DNA of 64,000 nt from Nemertoderma westbladi. Taxonomy: Eukaryota > Animalia > Xenacoelomorpha. Numbering within the stretch: the first letter of the stretch is position 1; each line of letters opens with the position of its first letter. A model generated the notes under the pieces. It was not told the DNA's origin. It searched no databases and was given only the letters and a program-made list of their open reading frames with translations. Location of the stretch: positions 1 through 64,000 of the forward strand of contig JAUCBJ010005572.1 of assembly GCA_032718475.1 (NCBI GenBank), in the 5' to 3' direction. The translations under genes and the position numbers were made by a program. Shown piece by piece: positions 26,063 to 36,911 of the stretch.

Positions 26063-27289
26063 AGAACCATTCGAAGTGTTATGGGGAGTCCTCCTGGGAG
26101 ACACACTTGCACCATTCTTGTTCATAATTGTGGTTGACTATGTTCTACGCGCATGTCCTTAGATCATCATAATGATGATGAGGTGATGGTAACTCCCACA
26201 TACTGGCTCCAGAAGTCGAGGAAATCCTGACACTTGCACCATTCTTGTTCATAATTGTGGTTGACTATGTTCTACGCGCATGTCCTTAGATCATCATAAT
26301 GATGATGACGTGATGGAAACTCCCACATACTGGCTCCAGAAGTCGAGGAAATCCTGCCAAGTACCTAACTGATCTAGACTTTGCTGATGACTTAGGAGTA
26401 CTCTCAGAATCACGAGAGGGAGCCCAACGGCTCCTCAGCTCATTTGAACAGGCTGCTTCTTGTGTTGGTCTTTTTATTAACTCAAAAAAGACCAAAATTT
26501 TGACAGTTACTTTGAAAGTCCTCAACAAGTCTCTGACCTTGTGAGCATAAGCTCAAAGGATGATATACTTGAGCATGTGGACGATTTCTGTTACCTGGGC
26601 TCATGGATCCGGAAGTCAGGCTAGGACCTTCGAATACGTAAGGAAAAGTCATGGGCAGCTTTGAATAGGCTTTCCAGGATTTGGAAGTCACACAGAATTA
26701 ATCGGAAACTTAAGGTCCGATTATTTAGAGCAGCAGTTGTTCCAGTACTCCTCTATGGGAGTCCATGCGGGGTTCTAACTGCTGAGGACACCAACTCTCT
26801 GGATGGCACATTCACAAGAATGCTACGTCGGATTCACTGTGTCAAGTACAATGCACACATCTCCAACCAGACACTATATAACATTGGAGGTGTCTCATTG
26901 GTTCCCCCAAGCTTGACACTAGAACAAAGCCGCCTCCGCTCTGCAGGACATTGGTTTTGCCGTGAGGACCAGCCTGTGCACAATTTTGTGCTTTGGCAGC
27001 CCCATGGAGAAAATAAGAATGGTGCACAGCCCATGACTTTCGTGGCGACGCTACCTAAAGGACACGGGTCTTGAAGATGCGGATAATCTCGCGAAAGTCA
27101 TGGGGAATAGGGAGTTGGGTGGGTGCAAGTGCAACATTGTTGATAAGCCGGCACAGCATTCTTAATGCACGCTGCAATGGGCTTGCCAATTGTGGATGAC
27201 ATGGTGGTGACAAAATGTTTTTTTTGTCAAGCTGATATAGCACCTCAATGTGTAGTTTCAATGCAGCTGGCCGATTATAGTAGTAGTAG
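26063..27289 (+). mobile_element. 5'-truncated RTE LINE with an internal ~128-bp duplication
   Basis: RT motifs GVL.GDTLAPFLF and DLDFADDL; C-terminal ORF 26661-27074; (TAG)4 tail; 26103-26230 is repeated from 26231. Confidence 0.88.
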
Positions 27290-27655
27290 ATCCGCCTTCA
27301 TCAGCATATTCCGAATCTGAGAACCGTTTTAAATTTACCAAAAATTCCCAAGGATATTATCAAAATACTAAGGTTTAAGTTTTGAGTCGTAAATCGCTAT
27401 AATTTTAATGTTTTTTTACTCAATTGAAGAATATTAATTAAGCGTAATGAAGAAACAAGATGGAGAGTTTGAATAGATAAACTAAATAATATTTAATATT
27501 CTAGAATAGAGATTCTAGAATATTCTAAAAAAACATTAGAATTATAACAATTTACGTCTCAAAATTTACGACTTAGTATTTTGATAATATCTTTGGCAAT
27601 TTTTGGTGAAATTTAAAACGGTTTTCAGATTCGGAATATGCAGATGAAGGCGGTT
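27290..27655. mobile_element. MITE / foldback element with ~125-bp terminal inverted repeats
   Basis: CCGCCTTCATCAGCATATTCCGAATCTGAGAACCGTTTTAAATTT... vs ...AAATTTAAAACGGTTTTCAGATTCGGAATATGCAGATGAAGGCGG. Confidence 0.85.
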
Positions 27656-28690
27656 CTTATATTATTTAGATTAAATTCCAAAGAAGAAAAATAAAGTCGA
27701 CTGAGATGGTTAAATATTGCTAAAAAGTCGATTTTTAACGGCTTGTTGTATCGAAATAGATAATAGATAATAGAAATAAATTTACTTAGACTTCCACTAA
27801 CATTAAATTGAAGCGACACATAATCGAAAATTTGAGGAAGTCCAAAGGTGAGCTGCAATTTTGGACACAATTTTTAAACCCTGGACCTCCTGACCTGATT
27901 TAAGTGGAAAATTGGGATGTTTTGAATAAATTGTAACTGTAAATTTAATATTATCGCACACTATAATAGGTTATATGAAGCAATGAATTATTTAGTAGTT
28001 TCCGTACCAAACTAAGTTGTGTTTCTCTGGCTATTTCCCCGATTTCGCAGTTGGAATGTAAGCAAGGGTCAGCAAGGGTTAACTGGAGGTGGAACAAGCA
28101 ATTATAATGAATTGGAACTGCAATTAGGATCTACTTTATAGCTACTGTACTAATTCAGAAGGTGGTTGGGTGCGGATGTCAAGCATTTATAGGGAGAGAT
28201 GACATATTCAACTGCCGCAAAATCCCGAGCTATCACTCAACGGAATGCAATTTGGGTTGCTAATGATGCGTCGCTAAATGAGCATTATTTGTTCAGTACT
28301 ACATGTAGAACACGTCCTGTACATCGGCAACTATGTTCCCTTTATTAATTAATCACCAAATATTAATCAAAAAACAACATTAAAAAATGTTGAAAAGATA
28401 TACTAATCATGTCCGGATTTACTAAACCCAATAATTTTAATTATACACATGCGTTAATTTGTTTTCAGATGCGGGTAAGCCGGAGTTTCATTATAATGCT
28501 ATACATCCTTCGGTGCATTATTGGGCCTTCATGGTGCAGTACCAACAACGCGGGGGATACAGCAGGTGATGACACATTAATATTTCACACTCAGCTTTAT
28601 ACCATACAAATATAAACCGTTTACTCACCTTGGAATAGAAACTTTCGAAGCTTATAAACAAACGCTTTAATATATAGAATATTAATATTA

Positions 28691-30139
28691 ATGGCAGTGT
28701 TGTTACTAACCATTACAATATGCGTGGTTGCTGTGTATAGTGAGGCGTTTAACCTCAATGAAACCACACCGAATGCATCACATGAGAATCTACGCAAAAT
28801 ATGCCCGCCGGAGCAGTGCTTCCTTGCTGGTTACGGCCATGAGGCTTTCGACAAAGAAGATGACTGTGTCTGCGAATACGAGAGTTACGACGGGTTCATG
28901 GAGAGCAACTCGGGTCTTCCTCAACACCAGACATCGATGCTACTCGACGATATGATGTCCAAGTACGATGTGCGGTTGCGACCAAGTTTCGGGGGTGAGG
29001 CGGTCACTATCAGTGTGACAATGTGGATCGACACCATTGGTCCTATATCTGAGGCGGATATGGACTTTAAAACGACATTCTATTTCCGGCAGTACTGGTC
29101 GGACGAACGTCTCAGATTCAACGCCAGCAACGCTATGGATATTAGCCTCAACATGGACATCAAAGGCCAGCTCTGGATACCGGACACGTTCTTCCCTCAA
29201 GACAAGCATTCCTTCGTGCATGACGTCACCAAACAGAACTCTCTTTTACGCATCTCTCCAAACGGAGATGTTCTCTATAGCGTCAGGGTTACCGTCCAAG
29301 CCAACTGCCCGATGGACCTGAGTTACTTTCCCATGGATGTACAGAAATGCCGGTTGAATATCGAGTCCTTCGGTTACACTGTCAAGGATTCCATATACCG
29401 CTGGAAGGAAATTGAGGGAGAGGAAGCTGTAGATCAAAACGAAAATATCCATATCAACCAGTTCCAATTAGCGGCTGTCACCAGAGAAGAAATATTTATT
29501 ATTCTATCCACCGGTAATTATAGTCGTCTAAACGTCGACTTCATCCTGCGACGATCACTCGGCTACTTTCTCATCCAGACCTACTTCCCCGCAATGCTGA
29601 TTGTCGTCATCAGCTGGGTCTCCTTCTGGATCTGCCGCAAGGCCGTCCCTGCTCGCGCCAGTCTGGGAATAACCACAGTGCTCACCATGATCACCATAAT
29701 GAACGGCGCCAATGATACACTCCCAAAGATCAGCTACATCAAGGCTCTAGACGTCTACATGGTTGTCTGCTTTATCTATGTATTCACGGCAATGCTAGAA
29801 TTTGCGGTTGTGTGTTTCCAGGACCAAGAGCAGGGGATAAGCCACCCGCACAAAAACAGCCTCGAATCTATTCACGAAACCGCCACTCAGTCAGAGCTGA
29901 AGCGTCTGTCGTCAGCTGGTGCCAACAACATAATCTCTGACCGACGTAGGCCCAGCCGTTGGCTGACAAAGTTGCGCACCAAACCGGTGCCATCCAGGTT
30001 CGACATCTACGCCCGCTGTTTGTTCCCGCTCACTTTCACTCTGTTCAACGGACTCTACTGGGGAATCTACCTCAGCATCACCTGGAACCTGATCGAGGAG
30101 TTACAGATGAAGCCCCATTTAGGGAAAGCAGCAACCTAA
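28691..30139 (+). CDS. Cys-loop ligand-gated chloride channel, GABA-A receptor beta / Rdl-like subunit (482 aa, uninterrupted ORF)
   Basis: Signal peptide; YDVRLRP; loop D FYFRQ; loop A WIPDTFF; Cys-loop CPMDLSYFPMDVQKC; loop B IESFGY; loop C TGNYSRL; M1-M4; anion-selective PAR motif before M2 (PARASLGITTVLTM). Confidence 0.95.
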   Translation: MAVLLLTITICVVAVYSEAFNLNETTPNASHENLRKICPPEQCFLAGYGHEAFDKEDDCVCEYESYDGFMESNSGLPQHQTSMLLDDMMSKYDVRLRPSFGGEAVTISVTMWIDTIGPISEADMDFKTTFYFRQYWSDERLRFNASNAMDISLNMDIKGQLWIPDTFFPQDKHSFVHDVTKQNSLLRISPNGDVLYSVRVTVQANCPMDLSYFPMDVQKCRLNIESFGYTVKDSIYRWKEIEGEEAVDQNENIHINQFQLAAVTREEIFIILSTGNYSRLNVDFILRRSLGYFLIQTYFPAMLIVVISWVSFWICRKAVPARASLGITTVLTMITIMNGANDTLPKISYIKALDVYMVVCFIYVFTAMLEFAVVCFQDQEQGISHPHKNSLESIHETATQSELKRLSSAGANNIISDRRRPSRWLTKLRTKPVPSRFDIYARCLFPLTFTLFNGLYWGIYLSITWNLIEELQMKPHLGKAAT

Positions 30140-31146
30140 CAGATCAGCTTGGATGACTCCATGGAGGTGTCATGTTTAGGCCCGGGTCACACATGAGCTT
30201 TCAACTTTCAACATTCAACGTTCAACATTCAACTATCAACTTTCAGATAACTAAGTCCCGGTTCACACATAAACATTCAACTTTCAGCTCATAAAAATTA
30301 TTGTATATTGCTTAGAGCAGATATAAAGGGTTGAACAATTTTCAGTTGGCAGTTATAAAAATCGGTATTGTTTTCTAGATTATAAGTGTTTTTTTATTTT
30401 ATCTAAAGTAATAATTTTTAATATGGATAAATAAATCGATGACGTAATATTAGCATAATTCTGCCTTACATAGGCGGCGAAATAAACGCCGATATTGGGT
30501 TCACCCGATCAATCAAAAAAAGGTTGTTGTACGGCGTTATCGGAAAACTTTATCAAGATTTGCGGACAGATGTTATAAAGGAAATAAAGGAAATTTTTTA
30601 ATTGCATATACGAGAATGTCAATTTCATCCTTTGATGAATTAATCTCATCTATTGAACCCCATATATAGAGAGATAGCAAGTGGAGGAAGTCTATACGCT
30701 ATGGAAGACTACTTCTAACTTTATAGGTATTAACTATTTACATACTTGTGTGTAAAGTAGCACTTTACAGGTGATGATCCGAGTGGCTTTGTTACCAGAA
30801 CTAACGTTAATGAGTGATTGGAAATAAAGCCACGAGGATCAGAACACTGTAAAGTACTTTGCAACAAGTATGTTTGTGTTTATGTTTATGTTTTATTCCA
30901 AAATGTTAACATTACGAAATTATTGTACACATACATTATAAGTGATAGAAACTGCACAAATTATACTAGTAGTTGTATAAATAAATGTAAAAATCACATA
31001 AATTATGTTATAAATAAGTTAACTTATATTTATGGTGGCGTTTGGAGCCATGTTATAATAATATAGCTAGGCCATACTGGTTATTAATAGCTATACCCCT
31101 CCTACCGGTAGGTAATGCAGTAGGCATATCTGGTTGTCAGACAAAT

Positions 31147-31680
31147 TGTGACGGGATCCAGGAGGGATCCCGATTTATCCGATGTTTAGTTCACGCGTCC
31201 CCGCCGTGTGTAAAGAGTAAAATGAGTTCTGATGTTCGGTGTATATAATGATCAGTCTAATAAGATATAGATATAGGTTGTTGTACACGGAAGGCGGGAT
31301 ACGGTAACTAAAGTCCCGGTCCTTCCCTAGCTAAACTATCTAACCTAACTAGCACCAATATGATACTGGGATAACTGACTGGTATGATTACTGGTAACTG
31401 GTTATATTGCACGGTGGCCTTATTGCTGTACCTAATCGATGCCTTTCCCCCCCTCTGATTGGTTGATACCCTTGTTGGCGCCCTTTGGAGTGTTTCCCTT
31501 CACTCCCTGTGTTCTCTCTCGGTTAGGGGTTTGGCCCCTGACCTCCATTGTGTGTTTCTCCTTCCCTTCCCACTTTATTGGGGTAACACGAGGTTGATAT
31601 TGGTAATCAACCTCGTGCTCCCAATATTGCTTAATGGCTCACTCTATGGGTTTGTGTTAGCGGAATTGGATAAGCTAACA
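31147..31680 (-). repeat. 3' LTR of copy A
   Basis: Direct repeat of 38679-39212. Confidence 0.95.
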
Positions 31681-32299
31681 CTCCCCCCCATGCTATCTTC
31701 CCGGTAAGAAGATAGCATCCAACTAAAGTGCGCTACAATTCCGCTGGAACTCGATCTATTATCGGGTGTGGGGTGGGGTTATTTTCTTGGAGTCGGCTTT
31801 CCAGGCCGCTCCCTATGGGTATGATGTCACTACCCTCTGGCGTCTCGTGTCGGGCCGATCGTGCGCTTCCCTCACACAATTTTTGTTTCCCCAACACTCT
31901 CGCCACTCTAACTTCGCTCTCTAACTCAACTCGCTCTCTCCCCACTCTTACAACTCTCCCCACACCTGAATCGCACTCTAACTTCTCGCCAACAGCTCTT
32001 CTCACTATCTCCTCTCTACTCTCTGCCACTCCCTAAGGCCCTAATCTCTAATGCTACCCCTGTGCTATCATACTATCTACCTTATCTAAGGTCTAACTTG
32101 CTAACTATCTAACTTCTCTAACTCTAACTAACTCCTAACTCTACTAACTCTACTCTACTCTCTGCTAACTCTTACTACTTCTAGCTCTAACTAAAAGCCT
32201 CTAACTTTCTACTAACTCTAACTAGAACTCTCTAACTTTCTGCTAAGTCTACTAACTCTTTTCTAACTCTGACTAAAATCCTCCAACTAACTCTATCTC

Positions 32300-33200
32300 T
32301 ATCTACGTGGCGCTAACGGTGCCCACAACCACAACCGGTACTACGTACCCTCTTACTAACTCTATCTCCATCTACGTGGCGCTAACGGTGCCCACAACCA
32401 CAACCGGTACTACGTACCCTCTTACTAACTCTACCTCCATCTACGTGGCGCTAACGGTGCCCACAACCACTCTACTACTGCTTCTACTCTGCTACTATCT
32501 TTCTAACTCTACTAACTCTCTACTATCTCTAACTCTACTAGCTGGCACCCTATGTGCCCGTCTCTACCACTCTACTCTATCTACATCTCCACCTCCACTA
32601 ATACCTCTATCTACGTGGCGCTTGCGGTGCCCATAACCACTCCCTGCTACTACTTTCTACGTGGCGCTTCCGGTGCCCACAACCCCTCTTACTACTTTCT
32701 ACGTGGCGCTAACGATGCCCACAACCACTCTCTTGCTACTTTCTACGTGGCGCTTCCGGTGCCCACAACCCCCCTACTACTCGTGGCATGACAATATGCC
32801 ACACTCCCTTACCCCGCCGCCTTCTAACCTACTCTCCTTCTACGTGGCGCTTACGGTGCCCACAACCCCCCTACTACTACTCGTGGCATGACAATATGCC
32901 ACACTCCCTTACCCCGCCGCCTTCTAACTTCTCTACTACTACCTAACTTCTAACTGCTACTTCTTACTATCCTCTACTAATTATTATTTAATTATTTTAA
33001 TTATTTGTTTTTAATTAAATAATTATTTTCTTGTGGGAAGGGCGTCTCGCCCTCATTCCCACCCCCCTCAGTCCAAAATATTGGACGACTAAACCTCTTA
33101 ACTAGGGCGATTCTTCCAACAGGCACTCTCCCACTGCTGCTCTTGTAGGTCCTGTAGGATTCGCCGCTACTCGTGGCATGACAATATGCCACACTCCCTT
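32300..33200 (-). repeat. 3' non-coding tandem stem-loop repeats of copy A
   Basis: About 8 copies of CTACGTGGCGCT.{2}CGGTGCCCACAACC; 3 copies of GTGGCATGACAATATGCCAC; a 136-bp duplication (33032-33167 of 33318-33453). Confidence 0.85.
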
Positions 33201-33383
33201 GCCCCGCCGCCTTCTAACTCTACTCTCCTATCTTCGAACTACTTCTTACTTCTACTAACTATTATTTTAATTATTTAATTATTCATTAATATTTATTTAA
33301 ATTAAATAATTAATTTGTGTGGGAAGGGCGTCTCGCCCTCATTCCCACCCCCCTCAGTCCAAAATATTGGACGACTAAACCTC

Positions 33384-35768
33384 CTAACTAGGGCGATTCT
33401 TCCAACAGGCACTCTCCCACTGCTGCTCTTGTAGGTCCTGTAGGATTCGCCGCACTCTCTTCGCCAATTCCATCTCACCAGGAATTGGTTCTCCCTCTTT
33501 CACCACCCTAAGGTTGGGTCTCTCCACCGTCTTCTTAACTAGCTCATCTCCTGGCATCAAAATGCCACCTCCCTCCTTGCTGTCTCCCGCCGGCAGAATG
33601 AATAGAAAGTGAAAGAACAGGCAGAACAGAAGGTAGCATAATAGTCCTATCCCTTTCCATCCTGCCTTCCTTCTCGACTTCCCCCTTGTCGGTATGCCTC
33701 CAACCCGGACCTGCGTCTCTTCCGGACACTCCTCTGGACACTCCTCTAGACACTCCTTCCGACACTCCTCCGGGCACTCCCCCGGAGTGTTGTCCTTCGG
33801 ACACCTCGCCGTCCGCTCCGCTCCATCTCCATACCGATGCTTGCTGGGAAACCTACTCTCCTCTGCCCACTTTCTTACTGTCACCTCCCTATCTGGCTCT
33901 ACTATCTCTTGTTTCTCCTCTACTTCCTCTGCGCCTGCGGTGCCTGGTAACATGCACCCTGATGTCTCTGTCACACTGCATGGGATCTTAGTTTTAACTG
34001 GGCCGCTAAGCATCCACCCGAACGGCGTGAGGATCGCCGTCGGATCCCGCTGCCTGTCTTCGCCGAAGACCGTCTTCGTTCTCTCGTGGGCCGTCGGGCA
34101 GTCCATCCCTACTATAATGGACACCTTCCTAACGTCCACCGTTGGTATTGAGAAATCGATACCGTCCAGGAATCTATATTGCTCGACCTCAATGTTGGTT
34201 GGTCGCCTGGCGTTGATGTTTATCGATTCTATGACGTGGATGGGGTCGATCGTCGCCCCATAGCCGCATCCCGGTGCAATCGCTGCTATCCTGCACCGCC
34301 CCGTCCTCGTCTCCAGGACCTCATCTTTACTCGAGACGGTAGTTACCGCCATTCTGTTCGGCCTCGTCTTTAGCCCTATCTCTTCGGCCACCCAGTTCTC
34401 CACCAGCGTGAAGGCTGCTCCGCTGTCGACCAGCATTAACGTCGTTACTGATCGACCGCCCTCTCCTGATATCTTTACTGGTACTACCCCGAGTAGTACT
34501 TTTCTCTTCTTCTCCTCTTCTGTCGTGCTTGTGGCCATTGCCTGGCCTCCAGTCTCGGACTCTCTAACTGCTGTTTCTTTACACTCTCCGGGTCTGTGTC
34601 CTTCTAACACACATCGATGACATAGTCCGTTTGCGTCTGTGTAGGCTACACGATCTTGTTTGGGCAACGCTTGCCAGTGCTTACAACTCCTGGTCTTATG
34701 TGTTCCGTCCCGATGTAATTGACATTCGAATCCTGGATTATAGCGTTCCCTGTATAGTCCCTCACGTATCGCGCCTAGGTTTATATGTACCGATTTAGTG
34801 TTTTGGTTGTCTGTATTCGGCCTACTGGGTACATTGGGATTATGTTTATTTATGGTGTTATTTTCTTTCTGTCCCTGCCACGGTGTGGCCCTACTACCAG
34901 CTAACTGTGGACTAGCAGTCCCCTGTGTGGCCGCATGTGGTAGTGATTGTCCTACTCTCGGGAATGGATCTGCAGGATCGTGTTCGGGTTTATGGCTTGT
35001 CCCCAAACTATCCTCGCTATAGACTGGGTCTGTTATTAGTTCGGCTTCATAGTTGAGGAAGCTCGACATCTCTTCTAAGCCCGGTTCCGCACCCTTCTTC
35101 TCCCGTGTGGAGAAGGCTATCTTCCTCCACTTCCTTCGTAACCAGATCGGCAGTGCCTGCGCTATCGTGGTGATGTTGTTAGACGCGTTGAGTTCGTATG
35201 GTGCGTCTAGCGTCTTTAACACGATTAACGCCTTCTCGACCTTGTTTGCAAAGGTCCTTATGCTAACGGGATTGTCCTGTAGGCCATCCGATGTTATGCC
35301 TCTCAGGGTTTGCCGGATGATCTTGGCCGGGTGCCCGTATTCCCTATCTAGCGCCCGCCATGCTGTTGTGAAGCCGCCCTCGATGCCCTGGTATTGCCTC
35401 ACGATGTCGTATGCTGGGCCTCCTGTATATACTTGCAGATATTTTAGGCACTCCGCCTGCATCAAGTTCTTACTTAATATTTCGTTACTATACATGCGCC
35501 GAAACTGTAGATATTCTTCCGGCCTACTCCCATCGAATTTAAATGGTTCCACAGGTGGTAACTCGATCCTAGTTTTTAATGCATCGATTAATGTGGCCAT
35601 TCCCATCGCTTGCGCTTCTAATGGGTTCGATGGATGTTGTATAGTTTCTCTTGTTGGGTACGGTCCGTTCGTCCTATCTGTTGTTGATTTAATTTGTTGC
35701 GTCGGATATATCATTGGGGGTAACGGCCCCCTCCATATTTCCGTGTCGCACGATCTGTTCTCGTCCAA
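33384..35768 (-). CDS. Bel/Pao-type Gag, Zn knuckles, aspartic protease, Cys/Glu repeat and C-terminal TM segment (794 aa; probably the 3' part of a longer polyprotein)
   Basis: PFKFDGS..EY..F (DUF1759-like Gag); CQLH...H....C; CHRC...GH....C; LVDSGA; TPFGWML; ECPEECRKECLEECPEECPEE; hydrophobic GIGLLCYLLFCLFFHFLFILP. Confidence 0.85.
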   Translation of the reverse strand: MDENRSCDTEIWRGPLPPMIYPTQQIKSTTDRTNGPYPTRETIQHPSNPLEAQAMGMATLIDALKTRIELPPVEPFKFDGSRPEEYLQFRRMYSNEILSKNLMQAECLKYLQVYTGGPAYDIVRQYQGIEGGFTTAWRALDREYGHPAKIIRQTLRGITSDGLQDNPVSIRTFANKVEKALIVLKTLDAPYELNASNNITTIAQALPIWLRRKWRKIAFSTREKKGAEPGLEEMSSFLNYEAELITDPVYSEDSLGTSHKPEHDPADPFPRVGQSLPHAATQGTASPQLAGSRATPWQGQKENNTINKHNPNVPSRPNTDNQNTKSVHINLGAIREGLYRERYNPGFECQLHRDGTHKTRSCKHWQALPKQDRVAYTDANGLCHRCVLEGHRPGECKETAVRESETGGQAMATSTTEEEKKRKVLLGVVPVKISGEGGRSVTTLMLVDSGAAFTLVENWVAEEIGLKTRPNRMAVTTVSSKDEVLETRTGRCRIAAIAPGCGYGATIDPIHVIESININARRPTNIEVEQYRFLDGIDFSIPTVDVRKVSIIVGMDCPTAHERTKTVFGEDRQRDPTAILTPFGWMLSGPVKTKIPCSVTETSGCMLPGTAGAEEVEEKQEIVEPDREVTVRKWAEESRFPSKHRYGDGAERTARCPKDNTPGECPEECRKECLEECPEECPEETQVRVGGIPTRGKSRRKAGWKGIGLLCYLLFCLFFHFLFILPAGDSKEGGGILMPGDELVKKTVERPNLRVVKEGEPIPGEMELAKRVRRILQDLQEQQWESACWKNRPS

Positions 35769-35826
35769 GGGGTTCGATGTTCTCGCTCCTATTGGGGTAT
35801 ATTGTTGATATTGTGATGGGGGAATG

Positions 35827-36777
35827 TCACCCTGTCCCCCCCCCCACCGGTATGTTTGGTACTGGGGTTGATGTTAATATATTGGGGCCCATACATCTAT
35901 CTACAATGACTCTCCCCTCCCCTGGATATATGTTATGTCCCTGGAAATTATAGTCATGCTGCTGTACCGGTACCGATATAGGCCTATTCACTTCTTGCCT
36001 ACCTACCGGTATGTACTCCGCGACTTCCGGGTTTAATCCCGTCGTCCGCGCTACCCTATCGCCTACTCTATCTCTCCCAGCATGGCCTATAATAGTATGT
36101 GCAGTAAGGCCTACAGTATGTCCTGCAGTCTGCATGTGCCCTTCCGAATCGAAGTTTATTCTTCGCGAATCTCGAATCTCCCCGCGACTACCGTACTCTC
36201 GATCGGCAGCTATATCCCGTCGGGAAGCTTCTCTTCGATCCCCATTCCTGTTCTCTTCTTCGTATCGGTACATCCTGTACCCCTCTCTTGGCGTGCGGTG
36301 CGTTTCTCCGGGGCGACGGCAATCTCCCGAAGTTCGACCCCACTGACTCCCTAACTCCATCTCTACTATCGACGGCTCGCTATCCGTCCTCGCTCTCCTA
36401 TCGTTCGTGGCGACACTTCTTCTACTATCTTCTCTTCTTCTCTTTTCGACCTCTCGGTTAAACTCTACTAATCTTCTTCTATCTTCAACCCCTCTATTAA
36501 ACTCTACTAATCTTCTCTCTTCTGACTGGGCTCGACGTTCCGTCGCCCGCCCTTTCGCGACGTCAACCTGTCTCTCTCTGCTCGATCGCACGCCGCTGGG
36601 GATACTCGCAATCCCCCTATTACTCTCCGTCGCCGGGTATTGCGGTTTACCTGATTCGGCCCGCGCATTATCCGCTGACGGCTGTGGGACACTCTCTGCC
36701 CCCCCTCTCTCTCTACTAATCCCTCGCGGCGGGGTGCCCGTAGCCCCCCCCCCCCCACCCGCTACTTCTAACTTCAC
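35827..36777 (-). CDS. Arg/Glu-rich disordered segment of the copy A polyprotein
   Basis: 316-aa ORF homologous to 57512-58336 of copy B; ends at a G10 run out of frame with the Gag ORF. Confidence 0.55.
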   Translation of the reverse strand: MKLEVAGGGGGATGTPPRGISRERGGAESVPQPSADNARAESGKPQYPATESNRGIASIPSGVRSSRERQVDVAKGRATERRAQSEERRLVEFNRGVEDRRRLVEFNREVEKRRREDSRRSVATNDRRARTDSEPSIVEMELGSQWGRTSGDCRRPGETHRTPREGYRMYRYEEENRNGDRREASRRDIAADREYGSRGEIRDSRRINFDSEGHMQTAGHTVGLTAHTIIGHAGRDRVGDRVARTTGLNPEVAEYIPVGRQEVNRPISVPVQQHDYNFQGHNIYPGEGRVIVDRCMGPNILTSTPVPNIPVGGGTG

Positions 36778-36911
36778 TATCTCTTACTACACTTCTGCGT
36801 CCCTCTTGTCGGACACTCTCTACCCCCTTTCTCTCGCCACTAATCTTCTGTGGTGGGGCGCCCGTAGCCCCCCCCCCCCCCACCAGCCACTTCTAACTTC
36901 ACTACCTCTTA

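Noticed and set aside
32040-32300. CTAACT/CTCTAA tract as an interstitial telomere
   Set aside because: Irregular low-complexity sequence internal to both LTR elements, not a regular telomeric repeat.
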